From positions 150,001 to 182,000 of the forward strand of contig NZ_CP060715.1 of assembly GCF_014396165.1 (NCBI RefSeq): 32,000 bases of DNA, given 5' to 3'. The notes beneath the pieces were generated by a model. The model was not told the DNA's origin. It ran no database searches and saw only the letters and a program-made list of their open reading frames with translations. This DNA is from Erysipelothrix inopinata. Its GTDB lineage: Bacteria; Bacillota_I; Bacilli_A; Erysipelotrichales; Erysipelotrichaceae. This document shows, one piece after another, positions 1 to 9,446 of this stretch; within the stretch, counting starts at the first letter, position 1; the number at the start of each line of letters is the position of its first letter. The position numbers and the translations under genes are program-made.

Positions 1-460
1 TTAACACTGCATAAATTGTAACTATCTCAATTGGAATCATAATCGCCGTTTTTGCTGCACGAACAGGAACCATTGCTAAAAACCCCTTACCATACATCAT
101 ATCGAGCCATAGTGTATTAAATCCTAAATTCACAATCAGAGAATTAAACAATACTGCAATTACGATATGCTTTAAAAGATTGTCTTTCCCTTTGAGTTGC
201 CCATAAGATAACCCAATTAACAAACTTGATATCGTAAAACCCGGAAAATAGGGACCTTGTGGAAAGAGTGTCGCACCGATGATGTCTGCAAGTCCTGCAA
301 CCACCATACTTGGAAGATACCCATAAAAATACCCACATAGGGCCATTGGAATAAAAGTTACACCTATCTTTAACGTTGGAAGTGGAATTGAAATGAAGCG
401 CGAAGCCACCACCTCAAGGACTACAAACATCGCAAGATGCACTAATTTTCGTGTATTCAT
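1..460 (-). CDS. folT: Folate-family ECF transporter S component (FolT-like); C-terminus runs off the window
   Basis: Absent from the ORF track because it has no stop in the window. My translation from ATG 460..458 reads MNTRKLVHLAMFVVLEVVASRFISIPLPTLKIGVTFIPMALCGYFYGYLPSMVVAGLADIIGATLFPQGPYFPGFTISSLLIG..., a polytopic membrane protein. GAAGGAGG RBS at 468..476; preceded by a THF riboswitch. Confidence 0.8.
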   Translation of the reverse strand, partial: MNTRKLVHLAMFVVLEVVASRFISIPLPTLKIGVTFIPMALCGYFYGYLPSMVVAGLADIIGATLFPQGPYFPGFTISSLLIGLSYGQLKGKDNLLKHIVIAVLFNSLIVNLGFNTLWLDMMYGKGFLAMVPVRAAKTAIMIPIEIVTIYAVL

Positions 461-467
461 AAAACAA

Positions 468-597
468 ACCTCCTTCTGTTCAAGCATGAAGAAAGTAATA
501 TTGCAACGGAGGCAATAACACATCGCACACTAAGTTTCGTCTAAAGGCAACTTCCCATCCATCTAGCACTTAACGCGTGTTATCTACTTTGCTTGAT
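468..597 (-). promoter_or_regulatory. THF-I (tetrahydrofolate) riboswitch aptamer (about 503..597) plus SD-sequestering helix (488..496 pairing with 468..476)
   Basis: Minus strand reads AGUAGAUAACACGCGUUAAGUGCUAGAUGGAUGGGAAGUUGCCUUUAGACGAAACUUAGUGUGCGAUGUGUUAUUGCCUCCGUUGC. It shares the AGUAGAU, CGCGUUAAGUG, AUGGGA, ACGAA and AUUGC-UCCG blocks of the THF-I aptamer as I recall it. P1-type pairing GAUAACAC/GUGUUAU. Sits upstream of folT, the classic context. ACUUUCUUC can pair with GAAGGAGGU (the SD). Confidence 0.8.
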
Positions 598-666
598 AAC
601 GACACAATAGCAAGTTTTCAAATTAAAATCAACTTGAAAACATGCTATGATAAGTACGGTGATATT

Positions 667-1151
667 ATGAAAGCTAAAAAAACAAACGCAATGCGTATCC
701 TTGACCAAAAGAAAGTTTCTTACGAAATGCATGAGTATAGTTCTGATGCCATTCATGTTGATGGCATCCATGTTGCAGATCAAATTAATAAGCCCCATGA
801 ACAAGTCTATAAAACAATTGTATTACAAAATGACAACCAACATTATGTAGCCCTCATCCCTGTTGATGAGCACATTGATTTGAAGAAGGCAGCCAAAGGC
901 TTCAAAGTCAAACGATTAGAATTACTCCACGTTAAAGAACTCTTTGATCTCACAGGTTATGTACGTGGGGATGCTCACCAATTGGAATGAAGAAAGCCTT
1001 CCCGACGCTCATTGACGATGCAGCACTCAAATTAGACACAATCATTGTCTCAACAGGCAAGATTGGCCAACAAATTGAAATCAATCCTACCGACCTCAAA
1101 TCTGTAACACGAGCAACATTCTGTGATATAACACAAAAATCAGCCGACTAA
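667..1151 (+). pseudogene. ybaK: Cys-tRNA(Pro) deacylase YbaK, frame broken by a 1-nt shortfall at G-run 967..970 (pseudogene or sequencing error)
   Basis: Frame 1 from ATG 667 (MKAKKTNAMRILDQKKVSYEMHEY...) ends ...TGYVRGDAHQLE* at 990. Frame starting at 972 reads CSPIGMKKAFPTLIDDAALKLDTIIVSTGKIGQQIEINPTDLKSVTRATFCDITQKSAD* (stop 1149..1151). Joined with one extra G it gives the conserved GYVRGGCSPIGMKK YbaK block. The 577..666 extension in the track overlaps the riboswitch and is spurious. Confidence 0.75.
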
Positions 1152-1984
1152 GCTGATTTTTTTTCGTTTTCATTTAATTCTACCCGCATGGTTTGGTAGG
1201 CAATATCAATACCTTCTTTTTCCAATGCTTTCTTAATACGACGGCGTAACTCCATCTCAATTTCCCACTTCTTACCAACAGCTGTTTTACAACTTACACG
1301 AACGCCATATGAGAATTCATTGTAAGAAGTAATCCCTACTACTTCTAATCGACTGTAAGTAATTCCTGGTTTTGAATAGTTTTTAAATTCATCATTTAAG
1401 ATTTCTAAGACACGATCCACATCAACTTCATACGGAATGGGAATATCAACTACGGCATTCATAAAGTCTTTCGTCTTGTTCTTAACAATCTTTATCTCAC
1501 CATTAGGAATAATGTACAGTTCCCCATCAAGACCATTTCTCAGTTTCGTAGTTCTAAAACTAATCTCTTCAACAGTTCCCGTAACATCTTCAACCGAGAT
1601 AACATCATTCACTTTGAATTGATCCTCTACAAGGATAAAGAAACCCGAAATGAGATCCTTAACAAGTTGTTGAGCACCAAACCCAATCGCGACACTCATT
1701 GCACTCGCAATTGCTAAAAATGGTGTTGTTGAGATTCCTAATATTTCTAATAAGAAACAGAAGGCAATAAAGTAAATAAGAAACTTAAAAGCATTCTTCA
1801 CAATTGGAAACAATGTTTTTTGTTTCTGATCGAGTTCTTTATTTTTAAATATTTTCTTCAACGTCTTGTTTAAGAAACGGACCAGTAGTCGCGTCACTCC
1901 AATTACTATCACAACATATAAGATTTTGAACAGTGCTGTTTGAACACCACTATTCGAGAAGAAATTAATCAGCGTTTGTTTCAT
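1148..1984 (-). CDS. Mechanosensitive ion channel family protein (MscS-like)
   Basis: N-terminal TM helices followed by an MscS-type beta domain (FKVNDVISVEDVTGTVEEISFRTTKLR..GELYIIPNG). Start moved to the second ATG (1984), which lies 6 nt after GGAGG; the first ATG abuts the SD. Confidence 0.85.
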   Translation of the reverse strand: MKQTLINFFSNSGVQTALFKILYVVIVIGVTRLLVRFLNKTLKKIFKNKELDQKQKTLFPIVKNAFKFLIYFIAFCFLLEILGISTTPFLAIASAMSVAIGFGAQQLVKDLISGFFILVEDQFKVNDVISVEDVTGTVEEISFRTTKLRNGLDGELYIIPNGEIKIVKNKTKDFMNAVVDIPIPYEVDVDRVLEILNDEFKNYSKPGITYSRLEVVGITSYNEFSYGVRVSCKTAVGKKWEIEMELRRRIKKALEKEGIDIAYQTMRVELNENEKKSA

Positions 1985-2801
1985 GATCATCCTCCGATTT
2001 TTGTTTACCCAGTAAACGTGGTTCTTCTAAGAAATTAATCAGTCTATTTTTGGCACGACGCGGCTCTTCCCCACGCATTACCAAATTAATACAATATCCC
2101 AAGAATATTACCCAAGAAATAAACCAGCCAGAAATCAACATAATCATCATCGATGCCAGCGGTCCATAAATCGTTTCATAGTTCGAATATCCATTAATAT
2201 ATACAAAGAATAAACGTCCAAGGAGCGTTAATACAACGGCTGTAACGAAAGCTCCTGGAAAGACATCTTTGAATCGCGTAAAACGAAACGATAGTAAACG
2301 ATAAAATACCGTGAAGAACAAGAGCAATAGAATTGGCATCACAAATCGCGAACTTATCGAAATATAATTGACGACAAAGCCGACTAATGTTAATCCTAGC
2401 AGCAACAACACAAAATAAGCCACGGATAGAATTCTCAGAATCATCCCACTAATATTAACTTCATCCTGTTCACTACTTAATAATAAAAAAGAATAAATAC
2501 TTTTAGAAGCAACCCAAACACTCACTCCCAGTAAAGAAATAATGAGCCAGATATTTGAGAATTGAGACGCTTGAATATACGTTACGAAGGGTTCAATAAG
2601 ATCACGCGGCACATATCGTTGTAGAAACATCACAATTTGGTTAACATCATACGCGTACGTTCCCACAAAAACTACGGCTATGATTATAAACGGAGCGACA
2701 CCCACAATTATAGAATACGCAAAGGCATACGTAAAAAGAGTCCCCTCATTAGAAGACATCATTTTATGAAGTGTTTTTGCTTTTTGAATAAAATTTTTCA
2801 T
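1965..2801 (-). CDS. YihY/BrkB (ribonuclease BN-like) family membrane protein
   Basis: 278-aa polytopic membrane protein with YihY-like organisation. Overlaps the MscS gene start. Confidence 0.7.
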   Translation of the reverse strand: MKNFIQKAKTLHKMMSSNEGTLFTYAFAYSIIVGVAPFIIIAVVFVGTYAYDVNQIVMFLQRYVPRDLIEPFVTYIQASQFSNIWLIISLLGVSVWVASKSIYSFLLLSSEQDEVNISGMILRILSVAYFVLLLLGLTLVGFVVNYISISSRFVMPILLLLFFTVFYRLLSFRFTRFKDVFPGAFVTAVVLTLLGRLFFVYINGYSNYETIYGPLASMMIMLISGWFISWVIFLGYCINLVMRGEEPRRAKNRLINFLEEPRLLGKQKSEDDHETNAD

Positions 2802-2821
2802 AGATACCTCTTTAATAATGT

Positions 2822-2849
2822 AACAAAAAGACTGGAGGTTTTCCAGTCT
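2822..2849 (-). terminator. Intrinsic terminator of the nrd operon
   Basis: Minus strand AGACUGGA-AAACC-UCCAGUCU followed by UUUUGUU. The hairpin begins within the stop codon of the redoxin gene. Confidence 0.7.
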
Positions 2850-3102
2850 AAACGTTTTTTTCTAAAAACACACTTACTTTAGAAGGTGCTGTATCTACAA
2901 GGACTTCATTTTCAGAAATAAGTACCGGGGTAGCCATAATACTGTGCTTCTGAACGAGTTCCATGAAGCGTTCAGGGTCTTCTTGACGGTGAATGACTTC
3001 AATATCTTCTTGATATTTATTTCTTAATCCCATTTCAAGATAACTCTTCAATGCAGTACATTTTGGACATTTATCTTGTGTTAACATAATTACTTTACTC
3101 AT
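2848..3102 (-). CDS. Glutaredoxin-like NrdH-type redoxin (CPKC active site)
   Basis: 84 aa, thioredoxin-fold size, CxxC near the N-terminus (LTQDKCPKCTALK). Last gene of the nrdIEF operon with a 4-nt overlap. Confidence 0.7.
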   Translation of the reverse strand: MSKVIMLTQDKCPKCTALKSYLEMGLRNKYQEDIEVIHRQEDPERFMELVQKHSIMATPVLISENEVLVDTAPSKVSVFLEKNV

Positions 3103-4172
3103 CGTTTAATCCTTGGTGCATCAAAGTAGAAATCATTATCCATTAGACTTTCTGATTTCATTTTTTGATAACCGTTTCCTTTCATCGAGAAGTTATCCAT
3201 TGTTTTTGTTTCAGTATTTAATCCATTTAAGACAACTGGGTTTACTTCCTCATATTCGAAATATGGATCGAATCCCAAGTTCATCATTGCCTTATTTGCA
3301 TTATAGCGAACAAATATTTTTACATCATGTGATAAATCAACAGGATCATAAATAAACTCAATTAACTCAACTTCTTCTTGATAGATTTCATCAAGATATG
3401 TTGTAAGCCATTCGTACAATTCCTTTTGTGTTTTTTCATCAAACTCACGATACAGTTCCATTGCCAAGTTTCCAATATACAAACCGTGAATACTTTCATC
3501 ACGAAGAATCAAGTTAATGATCTCTCCAGCTTGCATTAATTTTCCTTGGCCATAGAAGTAAAGTGGGTAATAAAATCCACTATAGAATAAGCATGATTCC
3601 AAGAATACTGAAGCAACCATTGCTTTCCATTGTGCAACATTATATTCATAATCACTCACATCACCATCAAGGCCTTGATATTGACGCTTGTAATTAAGAC
3701 GATCTAAATTCTCATAGTACCCGACAATCAATGCAAGGATATTTTGCATGTTCTTATTGTCTTGTCCCCATGCAAAGAGGTCTTCAATATCATCATTAGA
3801 CATGTATGTCATAAAGATATTTGAGTAGCTTTTCGCATGTACAGCATTTTCCATTGCTGCCATAAAGTTAAGAACTGCTTTACGTTGGTGATACTCAGGT
3901 GCAATCGAACGTGATACAACAGGCATTCCGATATCTCCTTGATAGGTATCCAAGAACGTGAGGACAACCAGGTTTTGAGCATAAGCGAGCTTAATTTCTG
4001 GAGAAAGACTTGCCCACAAGTTCAAATCCGGCTGAAGACTAATGTCTTCAGGACGCCAGAATTGACTGAGGTTTTGTTCATAAAAAGTTTGTGTAAATTT
4101 ATCTTCGTGTTCGTTCCAGTTCGCACCATCATAGCTACGATCTGAACGAGTTTTATTAATTTGATCTAACAT
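3099..4172 (-). CDS. nrdF: Class Ib ribonucleotide reductase beta subunit
   Basis: Ferritin-like R2 motifs (RDESIHG, LESCLFYSGFYYPLYF). Start set to ATG 4172 (MLDQINK...), preceded by GGGAGGAC at 4177..4184. The longer track ORF would overlap the nrdE stop. Confidence 0.9.
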   Translation of the reverse strand: MLDQINKTRSDRSYDGANWNEHEDKFTQTFYEQNLSQFWRPEDISLQPDLNLWASLSPEIKLAYAQNLVVLTFLDTYQGDIGMPVVSRSIAPEYHQRKAVLNFMAAMENAVHAKSYSNIFMTYMSNDDIEDLFAWGQDNKNMQNILALIVGYYENLDRLNYKRQYQGLDGDVSDYEYNVAQWKAMVASVFLESCLFYSGFYYPLYFYGQGKLMQAGEIINLILRDESIHGLYIGNLAMELYREFDEKTQKELYEWLTTYLDEIYQEEVELIEFIYDPVDLSHDVKIFVRYNANKAMMNLGFDPYFEYEEVNPVVLNGLNTETKTMDNFSMKGNGYQKMKSESLMDNDFYFDAPRIKR

Positions 4173-4183
4173 TTTCGTCCTCC

Positions 4184-6298
4184 CTAAACTGCACAGCTCT
4201 CGCACTCATCAATATTAAGTTTCTTTGTACGTGTATAGTACAATGTTTTAATCCCTTGATAATGTGCATATAAATAATATTTCTGTAAACTACGAGTAGT
4301 TTCATCTGAGGTAATGCACAACTCAAATGAGATACCTTGATCCACATGCTTTTGAGCTGTCGCAATAACATCAATTATTTTGTACTTGTCCATTGAGTAA
4401 GCAGATTCATACATAAACCCAGCAACATCAGATGCAGGCATTGGGAAGTATGTTTTTGAGTTACCGTAAGTACGTTCCTCAACAATTTGCTTAATAGGTG
4501 TCAATGAAGGTGTTGCACTCATGACATAAGCAATCGATCCGTTAGGAGCAACTGCAAGACGGTTTGAGTTGTATAAACCGTGTTCAATAACATCTTGTTT
4601 TAATTGTGCCCAATCTTCATCAGTTGGAATATCAATCGACTCAAACATTGTTTTGATTACATCTGTTTGTGGCAATACTTGCCCACGATCATTGAAGTAA
4701 CTCCCATCAGCATATTTTGAGCGTTCAAATCCGTAGAATTTAACGCCAGTTTCTTTCGCTTTTTCCATTGAATGAACAAGACTATGGTAATTTACAATGT
4801 TAAAGAATACATCAATTAAATCAATATCTTCAGGACTACCGTAGCTAATGAAGTTTTCTGCGATAAAACCATGGTGACCCATAATTCCAAATCCAACACT
4901 ATGCATAATGCGGTTTGCACGTGCTACTGCAGGAACATGAGAGATATTTGTTTTTTCAGAAACAGAGTTCATGATTTCCATCGCTGCAAAAACAGTTTCT
5001 TGAATCGAATTATTTTTAATCATGTTTCCCATATGACCACTTGCTAGGTTACATGAAATATCAAGACCAATTTCATCTTCCGTATGTTTATCATAGTTTG
5101 CGTAATGAGATACGATGGAAGGTTGAAGAATCTCTGTACACAAATTCGAGAATTTAATTGGGTCTGCTAGTGGATTTTCTTTATTAACATTATCAGCATA
5201 CATAATATATGGATATCCTGATTCACCTTGTAGTTGCGCAATCATATCAAAGAGTTTACGCGGATTAATTTTACGCTTACGAACTTTAGGATTGTTGACA
5301 AGAGTCTCATACCATTTATCCATATCAATTGCGATATCACTAAATGGAATACCATACTCTTGATAAACTGTATGAGGATAGAATACGTACATATCCTTAT
5401 CTTCACGAGCAAGTTCAATCATCTTATCAGGCATTACAACACCCATTGATAAAGTCTTAACACGAACATCATCATCAGCATTCAACTTCTTCGTTGATAA
5501 GAAGTCCTCAATATCTGAATGGAATACGTTAAGGTAAACAGCTCCCGCCCCTTGACGTTGACCCATTTGATCAGCATATCGGAAGGCATTATCTAAGAGT
5601 TTCGCAACTCCGACAACCCCTTTGGCTACGTTAGGAATATCTTTAATAGACTCACCCTTAGCACGAAGGTTTGTAAGGTTAATGGAAACACCACCACCCA
5701 ATTTCGAGAGTTGCATTGCAAATTCTTGAACACGTGCAATATCATTTAACGAGTCATCAACTTCAAGTAAGAAACATGACACAAATTCACCACGTTTTTT
5801 CTTACCTGTATTGAGAAGTGTTGGTGTAGCAGGTGTAAAGTCTTGAGCAATCAACGACTTAATAAGACGCTTCGCAAGCTCTACATCACCATCAGCATGA
5901 TAAAGTGCAATGATTGATAAACGATCTTCATAACGTTCAAGATAAACACGACGCGAATCATTCGATTTCATCGCATAATCATTATAAAATTTGAAGGCCC
6001 CCATATAAGTTGGGAATCTAAATTTCGCATCATAGGCAATATCGTATACTTCACGAATTTCCTCAAAATCATATTTATCTAAAAATTCAGTCTCATAGTA
6101 ACCATTTTCGGTGAGATACTCAATTTTTTCTTCCAAAGAATGAAAGAATTGGGTATTTTTATTAACGTGATTTAAGAAATATGAACGAACCGCTTCTTTG
6201 TCTTTATTTAAATCTTTGATGTTTCCATCACCATCAAGAATTTGGTTGTTCAGGATAACCCATTCAGGGATTTGATTACTCTTATTTTGTACTGTCAT
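4184..6298 (-). CDS. nrdE: Class Ib ribonucleotide reductase alpha subunit
   Basis: 704 aa with NrdE hallmarks (FLNHVN.NT, SCFLL, NLCTEI, C-terminal ECESCAV). Confidence 0.95.
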   Translation of the reverse strand: MTVQNKSNQIPEWVILNNQILDGDGNIKDLNKDKEAVRSYFLNHVNKNTQFFHSLEEKIEYLTENGYYETEFLDKYDFEEIREVYDIAYDAKFRFPTYMGAFKFYNDYAMKSNDSRRVYLERYEDRLSIIALYHADGDVELAKRLIKSLIAQDFTPATPTLLNTGKKKRGEFVSCFLLEVDDSLNDIARVQEFAMQLSKLGGGVSINLTNLRAKGESIKDIPNVAKGVVGVAKLLDNAFRYADQMGQRQGAGAVYLNVFHSDIEDFLSTKKLNADDDVRVKTLSMGVVMPDKMIELAREDKDMYVFYPHTVYQEYGIPFSDIAIDMDKWYETLVNNPKVRKRKINPRKLFDMIAQLQGESGYPYIMYADNVNKENPLADPIKFSNLCTEILQPSIVSHYANYDKHTEDEIGLDISCNLASGHMGNMIKNNSIQETVFAAMEIMNSVSEKTNISHVPAVARANRIMHSVGFGIMGHHGFIAENFISYGSPEDIDLIDVFFNIVNYHSLVHSMEKAKETGVKFYGFERSKYADGSYFNDRGQVLPQTDVIKTMFESIDIPTDEDWAQLKQDVIEHGLYNSNRLAVAPNGSIAYVMSATPSLTPIKQIVEERTYGNSKTYFPMPASDVAGFMYESAYSMDKYKIIDVIATAQKHVDQGISFELCITSDETTRSLQKYYLYAHYQGIKTLYYTRTKKLNIDECESCAV

Positions 6299-6663
6299 GA
6301 TACTCTCTCCTTATACTTATTGATCCAGTCTTTTACATACTCTACATCTTGGCTGAATCCTGATCCTTCAAATTTAAGAATCAGTTCAATCCCATACTCT
6401 TTTTCAATTTTCACGCCAGCGGCACCAAAATTAGTACCCCAGTTTCGATTACCACCGACAGCGACACCTTTTACTTTTTCAGAATGTGATTCCAGAAATT
6501 CTCGAGCTTCGTCCGTAACTTTTCCAAAATCCCATGACCTCGTGACAAGCAATACATCCTCGCCATTGTCATCTTCATAATCTAAAATATCCACCACAGT
6601 TTCACCCAAGCGTGATGCAAATCGTTCACACTGTCCAGTGAGACTATCGTATACAATAATCAT
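6295..6663 (-). CDS. nrdI: Class Ib RNR flavodoxin-like assembly protein NrdI
   Basis: 122 aa, MIIVYDSLTGQCERFA start, 4-nt overlap with nrdE. Confidence 0.9.
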   Translation of the reverse strand: MIIVYDSLTGQCERFASRLGETVVDILDYEDDNGEDVLLVTRSWDFGKVTDEAREFLESHSEKVKGVAVGGNRNWGTNFGAAGVKIEKEYGIELILKFEGSGFSQDVEYVKDWINKYKERVS

Positions 6664-6909
6664 GTGACACCACCCTTCCCAAAACTATTTTTAGCATATC
6701 AAACTTCATTTTAAGATTCATTCACAATGACATGAAAAAGTGTCTTTTTGATAAATGAAAGCGTGAAACATAAATTAATTAACGTTTATCGTTGTGTTGA
6801 AGTCTGTGAAAGCAATAACGTAACCCAAAATCACGTTTTTTTCTCACTTTTCTTGTTGTTTCGTTTTAAATTGAGGATAATAGTACTAGAAACAATGGAG
6901 GAAACAGAA

Positions 6910-7302
6910 ATGACACCTTATGAACTCTTAAATCAATCAGAAACTTATGCACTTTTCGGCATCAACGATGACCCCGAAAAATACGCACTCAAAATATATC
7001 GCAAACTTAAAGAACATGGAAAAACTGTTTGGGGAATTAATCCAAAATATACTGAAGTAGATGGAGACACTGTCTATGCAAGTGTTCTCGATTTACCTAA
7101 GACACCTGATATTGCAGTCATGGTAGTTAACCCTCGAATTGGTATTACCATGCTTGAAGATATGAAAACAAAAGGAATCACGAAGCTCTGGCTTCAACCA
7201 GGAACCTTCGATGATGCGTTCCTTGATGCTGCTCATACGCTTGGCTTTGAAACCATCGACGCGTGTGTATTAGCCGTCTATTCGATTTATGATAAAAAAT
7301 AA
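6910..7302 (+). CDS. CoA-binding domain protein (YccU/YneT-like)
   Basis: MTPYELLNQSETYALFGINDDPEKYALKIYRKLKEHG..., CoA_binding_2-like. Start set to ATG 6910, which lies 7 nt after GGAGGA. The upstream part of the track ORF (6748..6909) is AT-rich leader or promoter. Confidence 0.75.
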   Translation: MTPYELLNQSETYALFGINDDPEKYALKIYRKLKEHGKTVWGINPKYTEVDGDTVYASVLDLPKTPDIAVMVVNPRIGITMLEDMKTKGITKLWLQPGTFDDAFLDAAHTLGFETIDACVLAVYSIYDKK

Positions 7303-7330
7303 CCGTAATCTTTGAGATTACGGTTTTTTC
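7301..7330. terminator. Bidirectional intrinsic terminator between the CoA-binding gene and pepF
   Basis: AACCGTAATC-tttga-GATTACGGTT (7301..7325), flanked by an A-run on the left and a T-run on the right. Confidence 0.8.
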
Positions 7331-9130
7331 TTACTTAATAATAAGTGTTTCAAGTTCTTCAAGGCGTTTCTTGAAGGTTGAGAGTGTTGTATCAACAGCT
7401 GTTGATTCTGTCATATCCACCCCTGCTTTACGAAGAACATTGATTGGATAATCACTGCTACCTGATTTTAAGAAATCAAGATAAGGTTTTGGATCATTTC
7501 CATTATAGATGGATTCACTAAACAATGTCGCTGCTGAGAATCCTGTTGCATATTGGTAAACATAATAGTTGTAGTAGAAGTGTGGAATACGTGCCCACTC
7601 ATAGCCAATTTCATGAGTTGAGATTGCTTCACCATAATAGAATTTATTAAGATTGTAATAAGTCTCTACAAGGTAGTCTGCAGTCAGTGCCACTCCTTCT
7701 TGATCTGCTTTATGGATTAGATATTCAAATTCAGCAAATTGTGTTTGTCTAAATACCGTACCTTTAACCGTATCTAAATAGTGGTTTAGAAGGTATGCAC
7801 GAATTTTTGGATCCTCATATTGATCTAGTAAGTAATTTAATAAGAGATTTTCGTTAGTTGTGGATGCTACTTCAGCCACAAAGATTGAATAATCACCATA
7901 AATAAAGGGTTGATACTTACGCGTAAAGTATGAATGTACTGAGTGTCCTAATTCATGAGCAAGCGTAAAGACATTATCAATGTTTTCTTGCCAGTTTAAC
8001 AGGATGTAAGGCGCAGTACCATAAGTTCCTGACGAGTATGCTCCAGAACGCTTTCCTTTATTTTCTACAACATCAATCCAACGTTCATCAAATGCACGTT
8101 TTAATACAGCACAGTATTCTTCACCAAGAACACTCAAGGCTTCAAGAATGATTTGTTGTGCTTCTTCGTATGTGAACTTAAGGTCAACTTCATCTACCAT
8201 CGGTACATAAATATCATACATTTGAATGTCTGTAAGTCCCATAGCTTTTTCACGTAATGCTACATAATCATGAAGTAACCCGATGTTTCCATGGATTCCT
8301 TCAAGCAATGAATCATAAACAGATTCATCAATATCGTTTTCAGCTAATGCAGCGTGCCGTGCTGACTCGTAACCACGCAAACGAGCATTGATATTATGAA
8401 CCTTCACATTACCTGCTAGTGTGCTTGCAAGAGTGTTCTTAAGGTTACCATAAGTATTTTGCATTCCTAAGAACGCAGCTTTACGAAGTTCACGATTATT
8501 ACTTTCAAGTAATAATGCATAACGTCCATGTGATAATTGAACTTCTTTACCCTCTGCATCTGTAACTTTAGGGAATTGGATGTCAGCATTATTTAACATT
8601 CCAAAGACTGTTGAAGGAACACTATTAATCTCAGAAGTTGCAGCCAAGATACGTTCTTCTTTTTCGCTTAAGATATGAGCTCTAGACTTAAATAAACGAT
8701 CGAATTCATGATCATAAAGCCCAAGTGCTTCATTTCCTTCCAAGAAGCCACGAATTGTTTTTTCATCAGCTGCGAGAATTTCTGAATCATAGAATGAAAA
8801 ACTTGAACCAAATTTAGCCATTAAAGATTGAACACGACTGTTCATTGCTTGATATGTTGAATTGGTTGTATCAACATCAAAGTTTAAATGTGCATAAACA
8901 TAAATAAGTCCAAAGCGATAACTTAAGTCATCACGAAATTTAAGTCCTTTTAAAAGTGCTTCCGCAGATTGCGTTAGCTTTCCTTTGAATTGCACAACTT
9001 GATCAAGCTGTTCATCAATTCTCTTGAACTCATCATGCCATGCATTATCATTTTCAAAGATTGGGGTAAGATCCCATGTGTCTTCTAATTTAACGTCACC
9101 TCTAAGTGGTAGTTCATAATTATCTGCCAT
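7331..9130 (-). CDS. pepF: Oligoendopeptidase F (M3B)
   Basis: 599 aa with HELGHSVH zinc motif and PepF-like length and architecture. Confidence 0.9.
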   Translation of the reverse strand: MADNYELPLRGDVKLEDTWDLTPIFENDNAWHDEFKRIDEQLDQVVQFKGKLTQSAEALLKGLKFRDDLSYRFGLIYVYAHLNFDVDTTNSTYQAMNSRVQSLMAKFGSSFSFYDSEILAADEKTIRGFLEGNEALGLYDHEFDRLFKSRAHILSEKEERILAATSEINSVPSTVFGMLNNADIQFPKVTDAEGKEVQLSHGRYALLLESNNRELRKAAFLGMQNTYGNLKNTLASTLAGNVKVHNINARLRGYESARHAALAENDIDESVYDSLLEGIHGNIGLLHDYVALREKAMGLTDIQMYDIYVPMVDEVDLKFTYEEAQQIILEALSVLGEEYCAVLKRAFDERWIDVVENKGKRSGAYSSGTYGTAPYILLNWQENIDNVFTLAHELGHSVHSYFTRKYQPFIYGDYSIFVAEVASTTNENLLLNYLLDQYEDPKIRAYLLNHYLDTVKGTVFRQTQFAEFEYLIHKADQEGVALTADYLVETYYNLNKFYYGEAISTHEIGYEWARIPHFYYNYYVYQYATGFSAATLFSESIYNGNDPKPYLDFLKSGSSDYPINVLRKAGVDMTESTAVDTTLSTFKKRLEELETLIIK

Positions 9131-9228
9131 AATACACCTCTTTTTCTATGAAACATCTTTAGTTTCAATACTCATATTTTATCACAATTACACTTTATAA
9201 GTTCCTGAAAATATTTATCCTGCTTACA

Positions 9229-9259
9229 TAAAAAAAACTCACTGACCTGAATCAGTGAG
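9229..9259 (-). terminator. Intrinsic terminator of tRNA cassette copy 1
   Basis: Minus strand CUCACUGA-UUCAGG-UCAGUGAG followed by UUUUUUUU. Confidence 0.8.
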
Positions 9260-9272
9260 ATAATTTATATAA

Positions 9273-9348
9273 TGGTGACCCGTACGGGATTCGAACCCGT
9301 GAATGCATGCGTGAAAGGCATGTGAGTTAACCGTTTCTCCAACGGGCC
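9273..9348 (-). tRNA. tRNA-Glu(UUC), copy 1
   Basis: Reverse complement GGCCCGTTGGAGAAACGGTTAACTCACATGCCTTTCACGCATGCATTCACGGGTTCGAATCCCGTACGGGTCACCA. Folds as a cloverleaf by hand; anticodon loop CUUUCAC; 76 nt with encoded CCA. Confidence 0.95.
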
Positions 9349-9353
9349 ACATA

Positions 9354-9429
9354 TGGCGCTTGATGTAGGATTCGAACCTACGACCCACTGGTTAACAGCC
9401 AGTTGCTCTACCTGCTGAGCTAATCAAGC
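9354..9429 (-). tRNA. tRNA-Asn(GUU), copy 1
   Basis: Reverse complement GCTTGATTAGCTCAGCAGGTAGAGCAACTGGCTGTTAACCAGTGGGTCGTAGGTTCGAATCCTACATCAAGCGCCA. Anticodon loop CUGUUAA; 76 nt with CCA. Confidence 0.95.
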
Positions 9430-9446
9430 AAATCAAGTGCTTATAA

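Noticed and set aside
577-666. N-terminal extension of the ybaK ORF in the supplied track (MLSTLLDNDT...)
   Set aside because: It overlaps the THF riboswitch on the other strand. The conserved YbaK N-terminus (MKAKKTNAMR) starts at 667 with its own GGTGA RBS.
6729-6744. Possible NrdR box (GACATGAAAAAGTGTC) upstream of nrdI
   Set aside because: It has only 4-bp palindromic arms and a poor match to the ACAC...GTGT-type 16-mer. I could not find the expected second box at about 31-32 bp spacing. It cannot be supported by eye.
6748-6909. N-terminal extension of the CoA-binding protein ORF
   Set aside because: It is an AT-rich, low-complexity translation. A GGAGGA RBS sits 7 nt before ATG 6910, and the conserved domain starts there.
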